DNA of 40,000 nucleotides, from sequence record KF623294.1. One strand, given 5' to 3'. The position numbers and the translations under genes were made by a program. Origin of the DNA: Erwinia phage PhiEaH1. Below are positions 27,063 through 36,129 of the stretch, one piece after another. The notes under the pieces are model-generated. The model saw nothing but the letters and a program-made list of their open reading frames with translations. It did no database searches and was not told where the DNA came from. Position 1 is the first letter of the stretch; every line of letters starts with the position of its first letter.

Positions 27063-27225
27063 TCAGTCCGAATGCAAAATAAAAGCATATTCGGGGAACA
27101 GACCCGGATATTATTCACGGGTCTATTCAAGGGGTGAATTGGTAAAGTTATCTTTTGGTCTGTTCGCTACTGCGGGTGCGAACAAGATGACTTTATTAAT
27201 TTTTCCGACTTTATTGCCGAAAAGA

Positions 27226-27924
27226 TTAGGTTCGTGAGGCTGTAACAAATTCCATCTGGTGCTCGAAGGCAGTCAGCATGGTAATCTCGCGGTAGGCTCG
27301 CTTATGGCTCTCAACCATCTGGCGGGTGAACTTGCGAAATTCAGCTACAGTCCGTGGCTTCCCATTCTCTTTCAGGAAATACCGTTTATTTTTCGACGGT
27401 GATGTTCGGGCCGCTTGATAGGCGACGCGATTACTTTTGGCACTCAGGATTTTCATCGCTCCGCCTGGTCCTAGCAGGTGGGCGGTATAAACCTCGGCGG
27501 TACTAACAGGCCGACCAAGTCGACTCTCCAGGATACCACGGTTCTCCTTGATGTATTCGGCAGTCATAAGCAGGTTGGCGCGGGGATTGGATTTCCGAGT
27601 CTTCATGGAAAGCCCATATTTTTTCCCGTACGTCTTTAGCATCGCGAGCCAGGTGCTGTCAATAAAGGCACCCATTCCGGCAGCGCTACTACCCTCACCG
27701 TTCTTTGCTTTGGGGTTGAACTTCGACTCAATGCTGATGAAGGTCACCAGCTCCATCGGGTCGACCCCGGTTTGGTTAGCGACTTGTAACACTAACTTGC
27801 CGTACTTCTCCATCCCGGCGTAATTGACCTTCACGGGTCCGGTACTGGTGGTCGCCATTGCCGGTGCCGTTAACAGGCCAAGGGTCAGCAAAAGGGTGCT
27901 GAGCCAGAGCGTAAAGATGCGCAT
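27226..27924 (-). CDS. Endolysin-like lytic transglycosylase (SLT fold) with N-terminal signal peptide
   Basis: MRIFTLWLSTLLLTLGLLTAPAMA signal sequence; GVDPMELVTFISIESKFNPKAKN...SSAAGMGAFIDSTWLAMLKTYG is the SLT signature with catalytic Glu. Confidence 0.8.
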   Translation of the reverse strand: MRIFTLWLSTLLLTLGLLTAPAMATTSTGPVKVNYAGMEKYGKLVLQVANQTGVDPMELVTFISIESKFNPKAKNGEGSSAAGMGAFIDSTWLAMLKTYGKKYGLSMKTRKSNPRANLLMTAEYIKENRGILESRLGRPVSTAEVYTAHLLGPGGAMKILSAKSNRVAYQAARTSPSKNKRYFLKENGKPRTVAEFRKFTRQMVESHKRAYREITMLTAFEHQMEFVTASRT

Positions 27925-27971
27925 GTGGTAGTCTCCAAGTTAGGGGAGTCGCCACTCCCCTTAAATTATTA

Positions 27972-28595
27972 TCAGTCTTGCTCGACTGGATTAAAGTAAG
28001 CTCCCATGAAGAACGTTGGGTCTTCGTAGTCATTGAACAGAACGGTTTTACGTTCTGGGGTATTATAAATCGCAAAGATGTCCGAGCCCATGGAACCGTG
28101 TTGGGCCATGATACTCAGTGCATACATAAGTTCGCTTGGATTGAACAAATCCGGCGTTTTAGTGTCATCTTCACGCGGTGCAGGGAGGTCTTCACCTTCT
28201 TCAAAGCAGAGGAAGGTCTCCGGCATATCGTTCACCCACCAGGCAAGGACACGCTTGTTGTCGCCGTGTTCCAGGATGAGGTGACTGGACGTTTCGCTGT
28301 GGTGATACCCCAGTTTCTTGAAGTCAGGGTACAGGGCAATGAGGTGGAAGAAACGGTACTGCACGTAATCTTCACCCATCATCCCGGCTAAATCGGTTAA
28401 CGCGCCAGCAGACCCGTATTGGGTAATCGCAGGCGAGGTTGAATACTCTTCCGGGCGGGGTAACAGCGGAGCAGGAATCGGGAAACGTACCGGAGTACTG
28501 TCACCCGTCAATGCTGTCAGGTCAACGACTGCTACGTTGTCTTCAAACTTGACGACACCACCACGGCGAACCGTCACCTTAGGTAAAGGCTTGTT
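27972..28595 (-). CDS. Hypothetical protein (start MNKPLPKVTVRRGG)
   Basis: ORF track 27972..28616; internal Met chosen because AGAAGAAC lies upstream. Confidence 0.65.
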   Translation of the reverse strand, partial: NKPLPKVTVRRGGVVKFEDNVAVVDLTALTGDSTPVRFPIPAPLLPRPEEYSTSPAITQYGSAGALTDLAGMMGEDYVQYRFFHLIALYPDFKKLGYHHSETSSHLILEHGDNKRVLAWWVNDMPETFLCFEEGEDLPAPREDDTKTPDLFNPSELMYALSIMAQHGSMGSDIFAIYNTPERKTVLFNDYEDPTFFMGAYFNPVEQD

Positions 28596-28627
28596 CATGT
28601 TCTTCTCCAGAAACAAACAAAAAAGAA

Positions 28628-28647
28628 ACCGGCGCGTGGACGCCGGT
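28628..28647 (-). terminator. Terminator hairpin
   Basis: ACCGGCG-cgtgga-CGCCGGT followed by TTTCTTTTTTG on the minus strand. Confidence 0.7.
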
Positions 28648-28742
28648 CAGGGAAAGACCTACTTGCTTGCTGACACAAGCGGTAGGCGAATGAGCCATGT
28701 AGTTCGTTATTTTGTTCACAACAAAGAACACGGCCGTAAATT

Positions 28743-29078
28743 TTAACTAGGGGCCTTCATCCCCGGTTCCATCACAAAGTCAATCGACGTGATGGCACTG
28801 ATTTGACGACGGCGGTACTTTCCCGGATAGACCTGGTGTTCCAGAATCAGACCCCGGGCTTTCCGATAGGTCAGGTAGTTGTGCAGGCGGGAAAAGAGAA
28901 CGTCGAGTTCAGCTTTCCCCATGGAGATGTGACATTTATCTTCAACCAGTTCTTCCATGAAACCGCGCCATTCTTTCGAAGGGATAACGTAGAACCCTTT
29001 GTCGACTTGACGCTTCAGTTTCAGGATATGGCGATGTAACTTCTGGGCCTGGGCGTGAGTGAGAGTTAATACTTTCAT
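28743..29078 (-). CDS. Hypothetical protein (111 aa)
   Basis: ORF in a leftward block. Confidence 0.65.
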   Translation of the reverse strand: MKVLTLTHAQAQKLHRHILKLKRQVDKGFYVIPSKEWRGFMEELVEDKCHISMGKAELDVLFSRLHNYLTYRKARGLILEHQVYPGKYRRRQISAITSIDFVMEPGMKAPS

Positions 29079-29449
29079 GCTTGCGCTCCTGCTTCCATAG
29101 CACGTAATTCGGATGGTAAGAGGTAACCAGTTCGAGACATGGCTTCAACCTTCGAGGCGACTTCGACGTCGCCAATTGGAAGTTTGATGCACACGCCGAT
29201 GTCAACCCGGTGTACGATAAACCCTACACGTTCCAGGTGGGTCGCAAGTGCCCACTTGATTTCACCGCTATCCGTGAACATGGCGTTCTGAAGATAGTTG
29301 TAGATGTGGAAGTAATCGTACTCAAACAGTTCCTGTACTGTCTGTTCACCAAAGTGAATCGCAGGGTCTGCACACAGCATGTTAAGACGGGAGATGACAA
29401 TCGAAGCCTGGCGAGAGAGTTCTTCTTTGCAGCGGAATAATACGGTCAT
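29075..29449 (-). CDS. Hypothetical protein (124 aa)
   Basis: Coupled to 28743..29078. Confidence 0.65.
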   Translation of the reverse strand: MTVLFRCKEELSRQASIVISRLNMLCADPAIHFGEQTVQELFEYDYFHIYNYLQNAMFTDSGEIKWALATHLERVGFIVHRVDIGVCIKLPIGDVEVASKVEAMSRTGYLLPSELRAMEAGAQA

Positions 29450-29489
29450 GGTAAGTCCTTAGCGGCTAGCCGCGATGATAAGTTAAGAA

Positions 29490-29858
29490 TCATTCTTTAA
29501 CGCGATAGATTTCCAGGGTGTGTTTGTTGCCGCTAGTGCGTGCGCGCACATAAACTGCAAACGGAGTCAGGCGAGTAGAAGTACCACGCCATACACCTTC
29601 AAACACGTCAACACCCATAGTGACAACGGCCTGCATACGACTACTTTCACTAATCAGGCCTTTGATTTTCAGGAACGTTTCGATTTCCTGGTGAATCTGG
29701 TACTGTTGCGTTTTCAGGATTGGACCTACCAGTACCGGCATTTCCATAAAACCTTTGCAGAAGTCCAGTGACACATTGTCACCCCGAAGAAGGAAGTGAG
29801 AACGGTCGATGCGGCTGAACTTGAGTACTTCTTCTTTCAGGGTGATGTGACTGAACAT
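29490..29858 (-). CDS. Hypothetical protein (122 aa)
   Basis: ORF in a leftward block. Confidence 0.65.
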   Translation of the reverse strand: MFSHITLKEEVLKFSRIDRSHFLLRGDNVSLDFCKGFMEMPVLVGPILKTQQYQIHQEIETFLKIKGLISESSRMQAVVTMGVDVFEGVWRGTSTRLTPFAVYVRARTSGNKHTLEIYRVKE

Positions 29859-29880
29859 AATTATTCTCCGTAGTTTAAAA

Positions 29881-29899
29881 AAGGAGCCACTGGCTCCTT
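29881..29899 (-). terminator. Terminator, 8-bp perfect stem
   Basis: AAGGAGCC-ACT-GGCTCCTT then TTTTTAAA on the minus strand. Confidence 0.85.
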
Positions 29900-29905
29900 G
29901 AGGTT

Positions 29906-30535
29906 TTAGTTTACAATGTTGAGTGTTTCAACGTCTTCGATAATCCAGATGCCGTCGCTACCCATTCCCCAAGAACGCGGGGCTTGGTAAACTTCAATCA
30001 TCAGGGTTTTAGCCTGGTACTTAAATACTGCCATGCGGCACGGTTTCGCCAGCGCATGTTGAATTGCAGCTGGCAGCACCACGCCCAAATAATCCGGTTT
30101 GATGAAGGAGCCGTTCTCGGCAGTAGTGTCATCAAAGCAGAACTTCTTGCCGTTGGCTTCGTAGGTGCTGAAACCTTTCTCGCTACTAACCAGTTTAGCG
30201 ACCTGGGCTTCTTCTGCTTCTGGTGCGTTAACGTCTAACGCAAACCAGGTCATGGCAGTTTCCCCGACCAACATTTCTTCGATAGGACCGGCCATGATTA
30301 ACGCTGCTTGTTTCCCGTTGAATTCCTGGGTAACGTAACCAGCGACCCAGTTATTTTTGGCGATATCGTTTTTGATACCGTCGAAGATTGGGAACGGGAA
30401 TTCGCCACCCAGGTTTACTTTACCGACGTTAGATTTGTTTTTGTCAAACACGTAATCTTTGCCAGCGACGGTAACAACCAGTTCATTTTTACCGTTGACA
30501 TTCACGTTTACGTTTGCGTTGTTAGATGCGTTCAT
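29906..30535 (-). CDS. Hypothetical protein (209 aa), NVNVNVNG N-terminus; monocistronic
   Basis: Own promoter-like element (30631..30647) and own terminator; AAGGAA SD. Confidence 0.75.
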   Translation of the reverse strand: MNASNNANVNVNVNGKNELVVTVAGKDYVFDKNKSNVGKVNLGGEFPFPIFDGIKNDIAKNNWVAGYVTQEFNGKQAALIMAGPIEEMLVGETAMTWFALDVNAPEAEEAQVAKLVSSEKGFSTYEANGKKFCFDDTTAENGSFIKPDYLGVVLPAAIQHALAKPCRMAVFKYQAKTLMIEVYQAPRSWGMGSDGIWIIEDVETLNIVN

Positions 30536-30630
30536 GATATTTCCTTAGAGCGTATTTGCTCGATGATAGAAAAGATAATAAGTGGGAGAATTCCCTGAGT
30601 GAAGCAAGGTATAGTACCCTAATTCACCCA

Positions 30631-30647
30631 GAGAATATATACTTCAG
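30631..30647 (-). promoter_or_regulatory. Promoter-like element CTGAAGTATATATTCTC
   Basis: Similar to GAGTATATATTACC at 4694; lies about 95 nt upstream of the 30535 ATG. Confidence 0.35.
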
Positions 30648-31264
30648 ATTTGTTTGGAACGGGTTTGAAACTCCGTGTCCGACATGTCCGATAATTGCGC
30701 TTTGGCAATCTCGACCAGACGCAGATACCGCATGGTAAAGGCTTCGCGGTAAATCTTCGCCGAGACCTCTTCCTGATACGCACTTTGTTCCAGCTCGCAT
30801 AGCTGGTTCCAAAATGTCAAATCGAGACATCCTTCCTTCCCTGCAAAATAGTTACGAATGCGGCCACAGAAACGAATCCCCATTTCCCGGTAGGCGACCT
30901 GTTCAACGCCAGCTGTCACGTCCCTCAAGTTAAACCAGACGGGTGGCAGCTTTTTACCGCGGGTGGTACTGTAGGATATCGTGGAAGCAACTTCGTTAAT
31001 CTTGCCAACCATCCCGTGGTAGGTCCCCTGGCGACTCGCCAGACTCATCGGGATAAGGACGCGGAGACGAAGGGACAAGGGGAGTGCCTTCCAGGTGTGG
31101 TTGTTGCGTGTCCACTCGATGATACCTCGGACGAAGCGACAGCTGTCGCGGTTAGTGGGTAACTTCAGCGCCATCTCACGGAAGTTCTGTAATACCTGAA
31201 TTTCCATGTTAACGAGATAGGCTAACGCCAACGAACTGCGTAAAGCACCATGGGAGTGAATCAT
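30644..31264 (-). CDS. Hypothetical protein (206 aa)
   Basis: ORF in a leftward block. Confidence 0.65.
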   Translation of the reverse strand: MIHSHGALRSSLALAYLVNMEIQVLQNFREMALKLPTNRDSCRFVRGIIEWTRNNHTWKALPLSLRLRVLIPMSLASRQGTYHGMVGKINEVASTISYSTTRGKKLPPVWFNLRDVTAGVEQVAYREMGIRFCGRIRNYFAGKEGCLDLTFWNQLCELEQSAYQEEVSAKIYREAFTMRYLRLVEIAKAQLSDMSDTEFQTRSKQI

Positions 31265-31824
31265 CAGAAGTCTCCGTAGCTTAAACCGGAGTCAATGCGC
31301 TCTTCACGGAACAGCGTCATGACTTTCACGGCATTGTTGTAGACCGTCGTGTTAGAAGACAACACGTGCTTACAATAAGCGTCGTAAAACTCGACTTCCG
31401 TAAATTTGGCATCCTTCGCCATTTTCAGTGCGCGGTCAATCAACTTCACTTCCCAGCGCGGGTCTTGCAGGAATTCAACCCAGACATGACGCAGGACATG
31501 GTACGTTTTGGTCACTAGTGGGGTGTCCCAGAAAACCTTATCATTCAGGTCGGCCTTCAGTTCTTCTGCAACCTGGATAGTGCGGCACGGGTGCATGTCC
31601 AGGAACGGGAGGTCTAGTCGCGCAAGTCGGACAAACCCGAGAAGTTCTTTAGCACGAACAACTTCAATATCAGAAACACTGACCTCGCTGCGTACAGGCA
31701 GGGAAGCAAAAGAACGAACAGGATGTAGGGTACGTACTTCATTAACCATGGGTAATTCTCCGTCATTTCTTCCTTCGACTCGAAAAGTAAATCTCAAATT
31801 ACATACGAAGACCCGATGCGTCAA
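31264..31824 (-). CDS. Hypothetical protein (186 aa); likely internal start MVNEVRTLHPVRSF
   Basis: ORF in a leftward block; GGAG-type SD before the internal Met. Confidence 0.65.
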   Translation of the reverse strand: MTHRVFVCNLRFTFRVEGRNDGELPMVNEVRTLHPVRSFASLPVRSEVSVSDIEVVRAKELLGFVRLARLDLPFLDMHPCRTIQVAEELKADLNDKVFWDTPLVTKTYHVLRHVWVEFLQDPRWEVKLIDRALKMAKDAKFTEVEFYDAYCKHVLSSNTTVYNNAVKVMTLFREERIDSGLSYGDF

Positions 31825-31828
31825 AAAA

Positions 31829-31856
31829 AAAGAGAGGGGCGCAAACCCCTCTCTTT
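31829..31856 (-). terminator. Terminator, 11-bp stem
   Basis: AAAGAGAGGGG-cgcaaa-CCCCTCTCTTT with flanking A- and T-runs. Confidence 0.85.
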
Positions 31857-32434
31857 TAGCGTATGACTCGTCGGATGGCGGCTAACACCTGTTCCAGGAT
31901 ATCGAAGTTGACGTAGGCTTCATTGAAGGCTAACTGAATCGCATCCACGTAACAGTCGTACTCCCCGAACTGAAGGAGCGACTCGTCCATCTCATCCCAC
32001 CAAACAGCGGAGTGTTCTTCGAAGGCGGCGTGTAGTGCGCCGTTAAATCCGTCGTTCAACTCCCGCAGTTTCTCGCAGTATTCAACAAAGATGCTGCGGA
32101 TGTCTTCGGGGGTATCCGGGTGCGTGATTTGAATCACCAACTCCTGATACAGGGCCGGACGATTCTTTCGCATCAGCGAATAACTGAGTTCTACCTGGGC
32201 GTGCTCTTCACCCAGCAGGATGAACTGTTCCATCACACTACCCAGTTCAGGAGCCCAGCGCAAGCGGATGAAGTTAGCATGTTCACGTGGGAGTTCGTTC
32301 ACTAACCGGTACAACTTGGTGGAGTCTGCTGAAACGGAGAACTTCTTGTCCAACAAATGCATGATGTCGTTGTACAGAAACTCTAACGATTCAAGTGAGG
32401 TACGTGATTGTCTACCACGCTTGGATTCAGTCAT
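31856..32434 (-). CDS. Hypothetical protein (192 aa)
   Basis: ORF in a leftward block. Confidence 0.65.
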   Translation of the reverse strand: MTESKRGRQSRTSLESLEFLYNDIMHLLDKKFSVSADSTKLYRLVNELPREHANFIRLRWAPELGSVMEQFILLGEEHAQVELSYSLMRKNRPALYQELVIQITHPDTPEDIRSIFVEYCEKLRELNDGFNGALHAAFEEHSAVWWDEMDESLLQFGEYDCYVDAIQLAFNEAYVNFDILEQVLAAIRRVIR

Positions 32435-32798
32435 TTACCGTTCCTTTATCGACTAACTTCAGGCGACATTGCTTCGCCCGAATTTCACTTTCAATGTTGA
32501 GACGTAATTCGTCGAGGTAACTTAGTGTCTCCGTGCGCATATCCAGCGGCAGGTTAGACACGATGTGATGCAGGTGTTCGTCCATTTTATCCGGGGTGGT
32601 ATAATGCACGAGAAGAATCTGGGCTAAGGTGACGGCTCCAATCTTGTCACTGTACTTGGTGCTCTGTTGTTCCAGGTCCCGTAACAACTCGAGGTCTTCA
32701 ATGATGAAGCGGTACTCTTCGTTCTGTTCGATTAGCTGTAACTTGTCACCAAAGATGAGTGCGATGAGTTTATGCCACCATGTCTTACGTTTTGCCAT
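32427..32798 (-). CDS. Hypothetical protein (123 aa)
   Basis: Overlaps 31856..32434; GGAGG SD. Confidence 0.65.
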   Translation of the reverse strand: MAKRKTWWHKLIALIFGDKLQLIEQNEEYRFIIEDLELLRDLEQQSTKYSDKIGAVTLAQILLVHYTTPDKMDEHLHHIVSNLPLDMRTETLSYLDELRLNIESEIRAKQCRLKLVDKGTVND

Positions 32799-32860
32799 GC
32801 TTCCTCCAACGGATTCTTTTTGACCCTATAACTGAGTCTTTGATTTAAAAAATAAAATAA

Positions 32861-32878
32861 AGGGGCCGTTAGGCCCCT
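32861..32878 (-). terminator. Terminator
   Basis: AGGGGCC-gtta-GGCCCCT followed by a T-rich run on the minus strand. Confidence 0.8.
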
Positions 32879-33192
32879 CTCTTCAGACTGGCTAACCATG
32901 CATCCTGTTTAGCGCACATCCGGTGGCCCAGACGGTCGTACTCGTTCTGCATGATATCGTACCAGTTCTGAACCGGCTGACGGTCCAACAGTTGACGGAA
33001 GAACTCTTCATGTTTGATGAGGTCATCGCCCTGTTGTGCGTACAACAAGTTCAGTGCCTGGTCCAGGTTGTGCGGACGGCCGAAGCGGTGAACTTGTTCC
33101 ATGTAGCGTAGCGCCATGGTCCGTTCTTCCTCTTCCACACACAACCCAATCTTCCACATCCGGGTTTTCTTATCCCACTTCGAATGGAACAT
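32869..33192 (-). CDS. Hypothetical protein (107 aa)
   Basis: ORF in a leftward block; AAGGAG-like SD. Confidence 0.65.
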   Translation of the reverse strand: MFHSKWDKKTRMWKIGLCVEEEERTMALRYMEQVHRFGRPHNLDQALNLLYAQQGDDLIKHEEFFRQLLDRQPVQNWYDIMQNEYDRLGHRMCAKQDAWLASLKRGA

Positions 33193-33208
33193 GGTGATAC
33201 TCCTTAGT

Positions 33209-33820
33209 TTAATTCATAGGAGTGGTGAAGTGTTTTATTACCGCCTCCGCTCGGCGTTTGAATTCTTCAGGGGTGTCCGCATTAAGAATAGGCTCCACAA
33301 TCTTACCCACAAACTTCGAGTCCAGCTGTTTTGCCTTGTACCAGTCGATGAGTGCTCCGGCCAGAATCTTCTTGCGGTAGCTGTGGATATAATCCCGCGA
33401 AGCTTCCTGGAAGAACGTCCGTACATCTTCCAGTTCAATGATAGCCGGGACAATCTTATCTTCGTTAGTTCGCACCCGGTTGAGGGAGGCGACGGTTTTG
33501 TCAATGAGGCTGTTAAGCTCTTTGTCAAAGTCCTCCCCTTCCAGGTTGAGGTTACCGAACTCACGCCAAGTTTTCTCCCACCAATCGTTCACACCTTCCA
33601 ACTTACCGATGTTGTACATGACCACCATCCCGACATTCACTGCCCCTGCACGGAAGATGCGACCAGTTCCGTTTGGACTGAAGTCTTTCAGGCTGGAGAA
33701 GACGGTGTCGTGAAACTCGGGGTCCTGCCATTCATCAGTGATGAACTTGCGCAAGGTGTTGACCAGCAGTTGGTTGTGGAACTCCTTTTCCACCGGGTCA
33801 AGTTTGTAATATTTCATCAT
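33209..33820 (-). CDS. Hypothetical protein (203 aa)
   Basis: ORF in a leftward block. Confidence 0.65.
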   Translation of the reverse strand: MMKYYKLDPVEKEFHNQLLVNTLRKFITDEWQDPEFHDTVFSSLKDFSPNGTGRIFRAGAVNVGMVVMYNIGKLEGVNDWWEKTWREFGNLNLEGEDFDKELNSLIDKTVASLNRVRTNEDKIVPAIIELEDVRTFFQEASRDYIHSYRKKILAGALIDWYKAKQLDSKFVGKIVEPILNADTPEEFKRRAEAVIKHFTTPMN

Positions 33821-34038
33821 TTCTCCGTCAACTTGCGTAGCGTCCTGATACGGTCTTCCAGAGCGACGATTTCCATCTCGGCGTAATTCCCCAGGTACGT
33901 TTTCAATGCACGTCGAACCATCCGGGTCTGACTGACCTCCCCGGTAAGTTCCATGAGCTGCTTGAATTCCTCTGGGGTAATTTCATCGGGCGGAACGTCC
34001 TCGATTAACCGTATTTCAAAACGGTCCTTTGTGCTCAT
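33817..34038 (-). CDS. Hypothetical small protein (73 aa)
   Basis: 4-nt-type overlap with the downstream ORF. Confidence 0.5.
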   Translation of the reverse strand: MSTKDRFEIRLIEDVPPDEITPEEFKQLMELTGEVSQTRMVRRALKTYLGNYAEMEIVALEDRIRTLRKLTEK

Positions 34039-34451
34039 TGTGTTGCCACCCCGCTACTGATGTTCCCCTTGTACGTCAGGGTGCGTTTCCCATCCGGTTT
34101 CAATACGTGCTCGTACTGGAGCTCTTCCCCGGTATTCCACAGCACACGGATGACGGTAGGGGTGTGGTCATCATGGCGACACTGGGCTGCAATCAACGCC
34201 CAGTGTGTTAAGTCCAACGGACGGTTCGTGTACAACACCATTGTTGGGAATTTACCCGGTACCCGGTTTGCTTCAGGGACGTCTTTGTTGTCAATGGCCA
34301 GCAGTAGATACTCCCCACCCGCTATAACGTCTCCCCATCCCTGCGTGACGCTCCAGAACGGAAACACTATCCCCGCTGTCGTCACGATAAGGTGTGCCTC
34401 TACCCCCTGGTCGTCCACCGGGAATCTTTCGTTGGTTTTCTTCATGCACAT
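34035..34451 (-). CDS. Hypothetical protein (138 aa)
   Basis: Coupled ORF. Confidence 0.6.
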   Translation of the reverse strand: MCMKKTNERFPVDDQGVEAHLIVTTAGIVFPFWSVTQGWGDVIAGGEYLLLAIDNKDVPEANRVPGKFPTMVLYTNRPLDLTHWALIAAQCRHDDHTPTVIRVLWNTGEELQYEHVLKPDGKRTLTYKGNISSGVATQ

Positions 34452-34464
34452 TAACCTGTAATAG

Positions 34465-34797
34465 GTGATGGTAAGTTACTGCCTTCGCCGGGAAGGTCAC
34501 CTTCGTATTGTTCAATGTGGTTTATCAGTTGTTCAAACCACTCCTCTATTTTGCGGGTATCAAAGACGTGCCAATCTTTACTGCGAAGAGAACGGTTGTA
34601 CGCCTCTTTCGCAGCCTCACGGAGTCCGGTTACCAGCATACGAGGGTTAGGGTAATGAACGGATACCGAACAGTCCCGGTTGATGGTAAAGCGAATATCG
34701 TCCACCGGGTCGAACAGAGTGGGTACCTTCATACGTACGTAGTCGAGGTAAAGATAGGTGAACGGGGTACGGTACTCGAACTCCTGTCCACTCATGG
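34465..34797 (-). CDS. Hypothetical protein (start MSGQEFEYRTPF)
   Basis: ORF track 34465..34807; internal Met with GGAG upstream. Confidence 0.6.
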
Positions 34798-35091
34798 CTT
34801 CTCCCACCCTTTGTCATTACGGCGTGTGACTACCCAGGTTAAGACTTTCATTGCCCAAGCGTGCAATTCATCCAGGGTAGCGTCCCCAGAGGTTTCCGTC
34901 ACTACCTTGCTCACGAGTACCAATGCGTCTTCGTAGTTCTGTGGAGCGAACTCTACGTAACTTCCGCGTAAGACGAAGGTGTTCTCGGGAATGTTGCGAT
35001 GCGTCAGGTATTGCGTTTCACCTTTAGCCATATCGCGTACTGAGTGGGGTACAATGATAGGGATAACGATTCCGTAATTAGCGTGTAACAT
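34792..35091 (-). CDS. Hypothetical protein (99 aa)
   Basis: ORF with AGGAG upstream of ATG. Confidence 0.6.
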   Translation of the reverse strand: MLHANYGIVIPIIVPHSVRDMAKGETQYLTHRNIPENTFVLRGSYVEFAPQNYEDALVLVSKVVTETSGDATLDELHAWAMKVLTWVVTRRNDKGWEKP

Positions 35092-35184
35092 GATTCTCTC
35101 CTGAATAAGGTTTTTTATTGAATGGTTAATTTAATTAGTTTGAAATTTTTCGAGTGATTAGTCTCTCACTCTGAAAGAAGGATA

Positions 35185-35254
35185 GAGTACTAGCGTACTC
35201 ACTCAGTACCCTCTAATGATTACTCGTATTCACTCGCAATCATACGGGTACTAG
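35185..35254. repeat. Clustered short repeats: GAGTAC-TAGC-GTACTC inverted repeat, ATGATT/AATCAT inverted repeat, GTACTAG direct repeat
   Basis: Read directly in the 35092..35412 intergenic region. Confidence 0.5.
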
Positions 35255-35264
35255 TTAACAGCAC

Positions 35265-35285
35265 AAAAGCCCCTACGGGCCTTTT
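35265..35285. terminator. Terminator-like hairpin
   Basis: AAAAGCCC-ctac-GGGCCTTTT, one bulge, flanked by A/T. Confidence 0.65.
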
Positions 35286-35412
35286 GGCTGGAAGTTCAAA
35301 ACAATGCACCCCACCGTAAAAAATAACCGTTGTACGATGGAATACCTATCGAAACACCCCTTTTCAGAGATGTTCGATAAATATAATAAGTCAGAGTGAC
35401 CAAATCGTGAAA

Positions 35413-36060
35413 TTACTGTTCGAGGACTGGAGGCTCCGGTGAAGCACTTGGTTCGATGTACTTCAACGTGATGTCAATCATGCGACGGAACTCCGTCCAT
35501 GACACCGCCTGATGTAGAATTCCGTCCATCAGTTTGTGGATGTAGTAATCATCGAACTCACCACTCTCCACGTACTTAGCGATTTGTTCTTCCAATACTC
35601 GCTGAGCACTTTCAACCCGCACCATGTCGATTAACGTTTTGATACGGGTGTTGATGTACGACAGGTTAATTAGCAACTGGAACAGCGGTTGGTCGTCCCC
35701 GCCACTTTCGTGGAAGTTGATGGCTTCCCAGATTAACTTCACGCCCCGGTCAACCAACACCTTCACCGCAGGCAAGGTGACCATCTGTCCCCGCTCCAGT
35801 TCTTGCTCAACCAGTTCACGCAACATGTCGATACGTTCCATGGCCTGAGGTTGTTCATCAGCCAGTTCTTTGTAGCATTCGGCAGCTTTGCTGTAGAACT
35901 CTTCCAGGATAGCACGAATACGTTCCGGTGGGACCACCATCTCGTTTATCGCTTCATCATCACCCTGCCAAACAACCCCTACCCCTACCAGTATCCAACG
36001 TAGGCGGTCATTGAAGCGACGTTTCGCATCTTCGCTAAACTCGTAATAACTTCTGTCCAT
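35413..36060 (-). CDS. Hypothetical protein (215 aa)
   Basis: Leftward ORF with AGGAG upstream. Confidence 0.7.
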   Translation of the reverse strand: MDRSYYEFSEDAKRRFNDRLRWILVGVGVVWQGDDEAINEMVVPPERIRAILEEFYSKAAECYKELADEQPQAMERIDMLRELVEQELERGQMVTLPAVKVLVDRGVKLIWEAINFHESGGDDQPLFQLLINLSYINTRIKTLIDMVRVESAQRVLEEQIAKYVESGEFDDYYIHKLMDGILHQAVSWTEFRRMIDITLKYIEPSASPEPPVLEQ

Positions 36061-36098
36061 ATACGCTCCTGTAAAGCGCTGTAGGCGTTTAAAAAAGA

Positions 36099-36122
36099 AA
36101 AGGTGGGGAAAGACCCACCTTT
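36099..36122 (-). terminator. Terminator
   Basis: AGGTGGG-gaaaga-CCCACCT flanked by AAAA and TTTT. Confidence 0.75.
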
Positions 36123-36129
36123 GATGTTG

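Noticed and set aside
27162-27183. GTTCGC...GCGAAC inverted repeat in the 27018-27225 gap
   Set aside because: Short 6-bp arms with a 10-nt loop and no T-run; insufficient alone for a terminator or operator call.
33116-33886. Forward 256-aa ORF
   Set aside because: Antisense to 33209..33820, which fits the leftward operon better.
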